Assembly (NCBI GenBank): GCA_964398945.1
Contig: CAYNOT010000019.1
Span: 34,443-98,442 of the forward strand
Length of the DNA stretch: 64,000 nucleotides
Direction of reading: 5' to 3'
Origin: an uncultured Roseivirgaceae bacterium
GTDB lineage: Bacteria > Bacteroidota > Bacteroidia > Cytophagales > Cyclobacteriaceae
Shown: positions 59,405 to 64,000 of the stretch, one piece after another
How the letters are laid out: the number at the start of each line of letters is the position of its first letter
How positions within the stretch are numbered: the first letter of the stretch is position 1
Notes under the pieces: model-generated
The model's database searches: none
What the model saw: the letters and a program-made list of their open reading frames with translations, nothing else
What the model was told of the DNA's origin: nothing
Translations under genes and position numbers: made by a program

Positions 59405-61040
59405 GTGTCTGTCTATAAAGTATAAATATCTGTAAATAAATCAGTTAAGGGCAAATTTGCGTAGGGAGTAATTTTGCATATTTGGGTAAAGAAAGGACAC
59501 TGGAATGAAATTGTATAATGCGCTGTGCTTAAAGTTTGAGAAGCCAGATTGGTCAAGCAATCCGGAATTTGGTTTGATAGATACCTTGCTGGAAAGCCAC
59601 CCTCAACTCTACAAGATAGTTTCGGCCGATATAATGGGGGGTGAAAAAACAAGTCCGTTTGGTCGCGGAGATGTTCCAACCGTTGAGCAGATCGTTCGTG
59701 CAGCGATATTCAAAGAGATGAAGGGATTGGATTATAGAGAGCTTGAGTATGCGCAAACAGACTCAAGGATATGCGCGACGTTTATAAAGTTAGATCTCCG
59801 TAAGCCTTTTAGCTTTCAGATGTTTCAGAAATACATCAGCCGGATTGGTGCCGAATCGCTGCAAAGGTTACTGGTTGAGATTAATAAGATAGCCATTTGG
59901 GAAGGATATGAAGACCTGAGCAAAATGACTCAGGACAGCACGGTGATAAAGAGCAACATTCATTATCCCACCAATAATTCACTGGTATGGGATTGCTTGA
60001 AGGAAAGTCATCGGCTACTGGAACAACTTAGTAATGAGATGGAGAGCCTGAGTTTTGAAGATTACCGGAAGGGTGCAAAGAAAGTATATTTCAAGATCAA
60101 CACGATAAAATCAGAGGACAAGAGGGAGAAATTATTCGCCAGACAATTGCAGACTTTTGCCAAGACAATTAACCATGTATCAAATGCAATAAAAAAAAAG
60201 TCGTCGAGTTGGAGGGCAATGATACTACAGGAAGCACTTAAAGAACTTCTGCCTGTGCTACACCAGGTGTATGGAATGGCGTATCGTAAGGAGATCTTAA
60301 AGGAGAGCGTTCCAACAGAAGAGAAGTTGTTCTCAATTTATGAACGCCATACCGATATGATAAAGAAAGGTGGGCGGGAGATATTGTTTGGTCACAAAGT
60401 CAATCTTGCAGCAGGTAAAAGCAATTTAATTTTAGATTGTAAGATTGTTCGAGGCAATCCTAAAGATACAAGTTTATATGCCCCCACGGTGGATCGGGTC
60501 ATCAATAACTATAAGATCGTTCCCAGGGACATTGTTGTAGACGGAGGTTATACAAGCCAGGATAATTTAGAATGTAGCAAAGGAAAAGGGATTGTTAACA
60601 TTGTATTTTCCAAGATAGTTGGAAGCATGAAGAATGTGGTGAGCAGTAGCCATATGGAAACACGTCTGAAAAAATGGCGTAGTAAAATAGAGGCTATCAT
60701 ATCCAATCTAAAACGAGGATTTAACATACGCACCTGTACATGGAAAGGCTGGGAGCACTTCCAATCGAAAGTACTGTGGAGTGTTTTGGGATATAATTTT
60801 AGAGTTTTGACATCCCTTACCCTCCAGCGGATCGCTCAAATGGGCTAAAGGCGGCAGCAAATTTAATCAGTCATGGGAGAGGTATGCCCAATTGGATAAA
60901 AAAACGAGTAAAACGCGCTTAAACCGCAGTTTTATTGCGCTAGAAACTGAAATGTAATGCTCTACTGGCACCGCAAAGACACAACGCTATGGCTATGCGC
61001 AAGTTAGTTTCCGATAAAAATCATACTTTATAGACAGACA
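59405..61040 (+). mobile_element. insertion sequence (about 1636 bp) with perfect 19-bp terminal inverted repeats and a 6-7 bp target-site duplication
   Basis: IRL GTGTCTGTCTATAAAGTAT at 59405-59423. Its exact reverse complement lies at 61023-61041. (C)TAAATA flanks both ends (59398-59404 and 61041-61047). Single transposase ORF inside. Confidence 0.9.
59505..60848 (+). CDS. DDE transposase (IS4/IS5-superfamily-like, possibly an ISNCY-type group)
   Basis: 447 aa. QDSTVIKSNIHYPTNN, VVDGGYTS and KIEAIISNLKRGF segments are consistent with a DDE triad plus the Y-R-K/E region. Subfamily assignment not certain. Confidence 0.8.
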   Translation: MKLYNALCLKFEKPDWSSNPEFGLIDTLLESHPQLYKIVSADIMGGEKTSPFGRGDVPTVEQIVRAAIFKEMKGLDYRELEYAQTDSRICATFIKLDLRKPFSFQMFQKYISRIGAESLQRLLVEINKIAIWEGYEDLSKMTQDSTVIKSNIHYPTNNSLVWDCLKESHRLLEQLSNEMESLSFEDYRKGAKKVYFKINTIKSEDKREKLFARQLQTFAKTINHVSNAIKKKSSSWRAMILQEALKELLPVLHQVYGMAYRKEILKESVPTEEKLFSIYERHTDMIKKGGREILFGHKVNLAAGKSNLILDCKIVRGNPKDTSLYAPTVDRVINNYKIVPRDIVVDGGYTSQDNLECSKGKGIVNIVFSKIVGSMKNVVSSSHMETRLKKWRSKIEAIISNLKRGFNIRTCTWKGWEHFQSKVLWSVLGYNFRVLTSLTLQRIAQMG

Positions 61041-61047
61041 CTAAATA

Positions 61048-61206
61048 ATGTGCGGGCGGAATACTACGCATACTCCGGTTTTGAATAGCCCCCTGAACAG
61101 CACGGAAAAGGCCAAATTCAAGTAAACCGCGAACACGATGACGTGTAAATTTGTTAGGAATAAAAGCGGATATTAGCCTAGCTAAAAATTTTCTTACAGA
61201 TTTCAC
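61048..61206 (-). pseudogene. N-terminal part of the IS-disrupted GT92-like glycosyltransferase
   Basis: MKSVRKFLARLISAFIPNKF...RSIPPAHY, then the frame runs into the IS right end. Removing the IS and one duplication copy joins ...PAHY-LAICAIAKNEG... in frame. Confidence 0.8.
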
Positions 61207-61234
61207 TCTTGTTCAACTGGTGGTTAAAGTTACA

Positions 61235-62002
61235 TTATTTAAGCAAACCAAAAAAAGAAAGGAAGGTATTGTATGGTTTTGAAAATTTTCGATGAATGCG
61301 CAGCGGCCCGTTAAGTTGTTCTTTAAAAAATTCCGGATGCCGTTTGTTTAACAAGGAAAAAATTTCATCCTTTTTCTTTCGTGTTCTGTTTCGTTTGGAA
61401 TTTTTATGCATTCTGTATTTGAAACCAACAACAGGCAGCTTTACTACTTTTCCCCCGGATTTTAAAATATTAATCCAAAAGTCCCAATCCTCGCGACCTG
61501 GAAAATCAGTACAGTATCCTCCAACCTTTTCCCAATCAGCTTTTCTATACATCGAGCAAACGGGAAGCATATTTCGATGTGCTAAAGCAAACAATGAAAA
61601 ATTAGGTAAATCCCAAGAACCGCTTTCTTCTCCGAAGAAAACAGCATTTGAGGTTACTACTTTTACTTGTTCGTCATTTTCCAATACCCGTACGGCCTCA
61701 TCAATAAAGTTCTCACAAATAATATCATCGCTGTCGAACGGTAAGATATATTTCCCTTTAGCTTGAGCGACCCCTGTATTCCTGGCAGCAGAAACGCCTT
61801 GATTTTTTTGGACTATAAGTCTTGCGTTAGTACTATTCGCAACATACTCATTTGCGATTTGGCTGGAGTTATCCGTTGAGCCATCATCAATAATGATTAC
61901 CTCCATATCAGGAATTTGTATTGCGGATATGGACGATAAAGTTTCGTGCAGATATTTGTCCGTATTATAAACCGGAATAATTATACTGACTATCGGCTCC
62001 AT
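61235..62002 (-). CDS. glycosyltransferase family 2
   Basis: VSIIIPVYN, IIIDDGSTD and FDSDD motifs. Confidence 0.9.
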   Translation of the reverse strand: MEPIVSIIIPVYNTDKYLHETLSSISAIQIPDMEVIIIDDGSTDNSSQIANEYVANSTNARLIVQKNQGVSAARNTGVAQAKGKYILPFDSDDIICENFIDEAVRVLENDEQVKVVTSNAVFFGEESGSWDLPNFSLFALAHRNMLPVCSMYRKADWEKVGGYCTDFPGREDWDFWINILKSGGKVVKLPVVGFKYRMHKNSKRNRTRKKKDEIFSLLNKRHPEFFKEQLNGPLRIHRKFSKPYNTFLSFFGLLK

Positions 62003-62072
62003 AAATATAGTTTGTTCAATTTCAGGAAAACAATTTACCGGTTACCATTACTAATTAATCATTTTTCAGCCA

Positions 62073-63077
62073 TTACATAAAAATTCTGAGCATGCTCAGT
62101 ATCTGATAGCGTTCATTCATAAATAGCCGGAAAAATAGTTTTTGCCTGAAACTCCAACGCTTCCTGATCTCGGTGAACGCAAGGGTATTTTCGTATTTCA
62201 GGAAAATTTCACGCGCTAAAAGGATAAGGTTTTGCTGATTAGAGCGAATGGTATTGCGCACCAAAAACCGGTAAACAGCGTATGACTCTTTGTGGTAAAC
62301 CCACCACAAGAGGCGTTTGTCAATCTCCGCGGCAGTTGCATATTTTTGGTAGATATACGGAATTGCCGTATCGAACATTTTTATTTGCACAGGCTTGTAA
62401 CCGCTGAGCATAACGCTGCTTTTTGAACGCCTGTGGCACGCCACAACGCTGTCAATCTGTACAAAATTTCTGATGTTCGCCACCACCTCATACATAAAGA
62501 GATTGTCCTCCCTGCCTGAACGCAAACTTTCTACAAACCTGATATTTCCAACAACCGAGCGCCTGAAAAGACATTGCCAAATGTAGCACCAGGTTTTGTT
62601 TCGTCCACGAATATGCCGGTAGAAATCCGTTAACGGGTTTTCAAAAAAATGCGATTGTTGGGGCTGTTTATGTTGTTTAGGCAATTCGCCCAACGCAAAA
62701 TTTTCCGCGATCATCATCATTCGTCCGCGCGACATATCGGCATTAAATTTTTCGGCAGCAGACAGCAAATTGTGCAGCGTATCAGCAGGGATTAAATCAT
62801 CGTGGTCGATAAAAAACAGAAATTCGCCTTTTGCCGCGTCCATGCCTGTATTGCGCGCAACTGAAACGCCTCCATTTGCCTGATTGATTTTTAAAAAGCG
62901 CTGGTCGATTTCTACAAACTCGTCAATGATTTTTTCGGTGTTGTCAACAGAACCATCGTTAACACAAATACATTCAAAGTCCGGACACGTCTGGTTCCGG
63001 ACAGATTGTAGCGTGTCTGTTAAGTACAGCTCATCATTGTAAATCGGGACAATAACTGAAATTTTGGGCGTAATCAT
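62073..63077 (-). CDS. glycosyltransferase family 2
   Basis: ISVIVPIYN, VNDGSVD and IDHDD motifs. Confidence 0.9.
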   Translation of the reverse strand: MITPKISVIVPIYNDELYLTDTLQSVRNQTCPDFECICVNDGSVDNTEKIIDEFVEIDQRFLKINQANGGVSVARNTGMDAAKGEFLFFIDHDDLIPADTLHNLLSAAEKFNADMSRGRMMMIAENFALGELPKQHKQPQQSHFFENPLTDFYRHIRGRNKTWCYIWQCLFRRSVVGNIRFVESLRSGREDNLFMYEVVANIRNFVQIDSVVACHRRSKSSVMLSGYKPVQIKMFDTAIPYIYQKYATAAEIDKRLLWWVYHKESYAVYRFLVRNTIRSNQQNLILLAREIFLKYENTLAFTEIRKRWSFRQKLFFRLFMNERYQILSMLRIFM

Positions 63078-64000
63078 TTTTCAAATTCAGATTTAGCGGG
63101 GAACATGTTGTTGATAAATCCGGATGCTTGCTCAAAAGACGATTTCTTGTCCGAAAAGTCGTTTATCGCAAACAAAGTAGGTTGATATTTTTTGATGTTT
63201 CGCACCAGGTTCCATTGTTTATCATAGCAATCGTATTGCACAAAGCCAAAAATTGTTGCAGACCACCGTAAAAGTTCGTGCGAAAACCGGGTTAAAAAAG
63301 TATCTTTTTTATGTTCATACACAATTCTTTTTTTGCCCGTGCGCCAATTCAGGACAATCGTATTTCGTCTGTGGGCATTGTCAAAAAGCGGCATACTAAT
63401 ACGCTGTAAATTATTTACATCGCGGAAAGGTGTGATGGTGGTTTGCATTAAATGTTGTTCCAATGCCTTAAAATTTTCAGCCATATAACTTTTGCGTATC
63501 GGCTCAATGGCGTGTTTGAATGTTACGTTATATTTAATTCCAAGTTGTTTGTAGACAAATTTTATAGTGCGTGCTGTTTTAATGCTGAACAACCGGTGAT
63601 TAACTGGTGAATGGTCGTCTAACTTGCTAAAACTCCGGGTGCGCTCTTTCATGATCACAATCGGGTTTCCGTTTTCATCAAAAAAGAAATCCGGTTCAAC
63701 CTCTTTTCCGAAAAACATATCATCATTTGCATATAAAAAATGCTCCGAGAGGTCCGGGATTTTCCACAAAAACATCTCTATGGCGTTGCTGTTGAAAAGT
63801 GGCAATTTCTCGTTTGGAATAATCTCTGTGTGATCGACAATGGATATTTTGGGGTTTTGAAGATTAATCCATACTGGTATTTGTCTATCGGTAACAATGA
63901 AAATATGGTTTATCCAATTTGCAAATTTTTGGACACTGCGCAACGAATAGAGCAGTTCATCGTGGTTTGCCCATCGGGTTGCCCGTGCCGATGATGCTGA
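63074..64000 (-). CDS. Stealth family protein (capsule/exopolysaccharide hexose-1-phosphate transferase-like), N-terminus off window
   Basis: The frame is open upstream of the track start to the window edge: ...RWANHDELLYSLRSVQKFANWINHIFIVTDRQIPVWI (Stealth CR2-like) and FNSNAIEMFLWKIPDLSEHFLYANDDMFF (CR3-like). Confidence 0.8.
   Translation of the reverse strand, partial: SASSARATRWANHDELLYSLRSVQKFANWINHIFIVTDRQIPVWINLQNPKISIVDHTEIIPNEKLPLFNSNAIEMFLWKIPDLSEHFLYANDDMFFGKEVEPDFFFDENGNPIVIMKERTRSFSKLDDHSPVNHRLFSIKTARTIKFVYKQLGIKYNVTFKHAIEPIRKSYMAENFKALEQHLMQTTITPFRDVNNLQRISMPLFDNAHRRNTIVLNWRTGKKRIVYEHKKDTFLTRFSHELLRWSATIFGFVQYDCYDKQWNLVRNIKKYQPTLFAINDFSDKKSSFEQASGFINNMFPAKSEFEK

Noticed and set aside
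61296-61766. 156-aa plus-strand ORF
   Set aside because: Antisense to a GT2 glycosyltransferase with canonical motifs.
1-64000. CRISPR arrays, rRNA and tRNA genes, reverse transcriptase or DGR-type template/variable repeats
   Set aside because: Reading all intergenic gaps found no regularly spaced direct repeats beyond the 3x15-bp array at 56457, no cloverleaf-compatible sequences and no RT-like ORF. A computational scan (tRNAscan-SE, Infernal, a CRISPR finder) is still advisable.

Overview
Chromosomal window from a Bacteroidota genome. The nusB-ytxH-DUF1573-yajC-ybbR-coaE cluster, the DUF4293, DUF4184 and DUF481 proteins, and the many small signal-peptide or beta-barrel proteins suggest a Cytophagales- or Flavobacteriia-like organism. 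The exact taxon cannot be fixed from sequence alone. Most of the window is ordinary housekeeping: an M14 peptidase, purine nucleoside phosphorylase, an RND efflux operon (adaptor, pump, TolC), Leu/Val dehydrogenase, two ABC half-transporters, truA, htpG, tpiA, prmA, polA, an acyl-CoA ligase, a GH5-CBM6 glycanase and two-component proteins. I found no rRNA, tRNA or CRISPR array. Accessory or unusual content: (1) between htpG and tpiA, a small toxin-antitoxin and gene-decay islet with a truncated ECF-sigma remnant, a PIN/antitoxin pair, frameshifted gene fragments and a three-gene HipB/HipS/HipT-like split-kinase module. (2) A 1599-aa secreted protein with no recognisable family. (3) Two unrelated orphan P-loop ATPases, each preceded by conspicuous palindromic DNA; one has three tandem 15-bp units each carrying the perfect palindrome TGTAAGTTACA. 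(4) At the right end, a polysaccharide locus (Stealth-family phosphotransferase plus two GT2 genes plus a GT92-like gene). The GT92-like gene is cleanly split by a 1.6-kb IS with perfect terminal inverted repeats and a 6-7 bp target duplication. (5) A 540-bp non-coding gap containing a MITE-like unit and a 14-bp direct repeat. I see no convincing multi-gene system of completely unknown type. The best second-look candidates are the HipBST-like locus, the palindrome array with its ATPase, and the 1599-aa protein.
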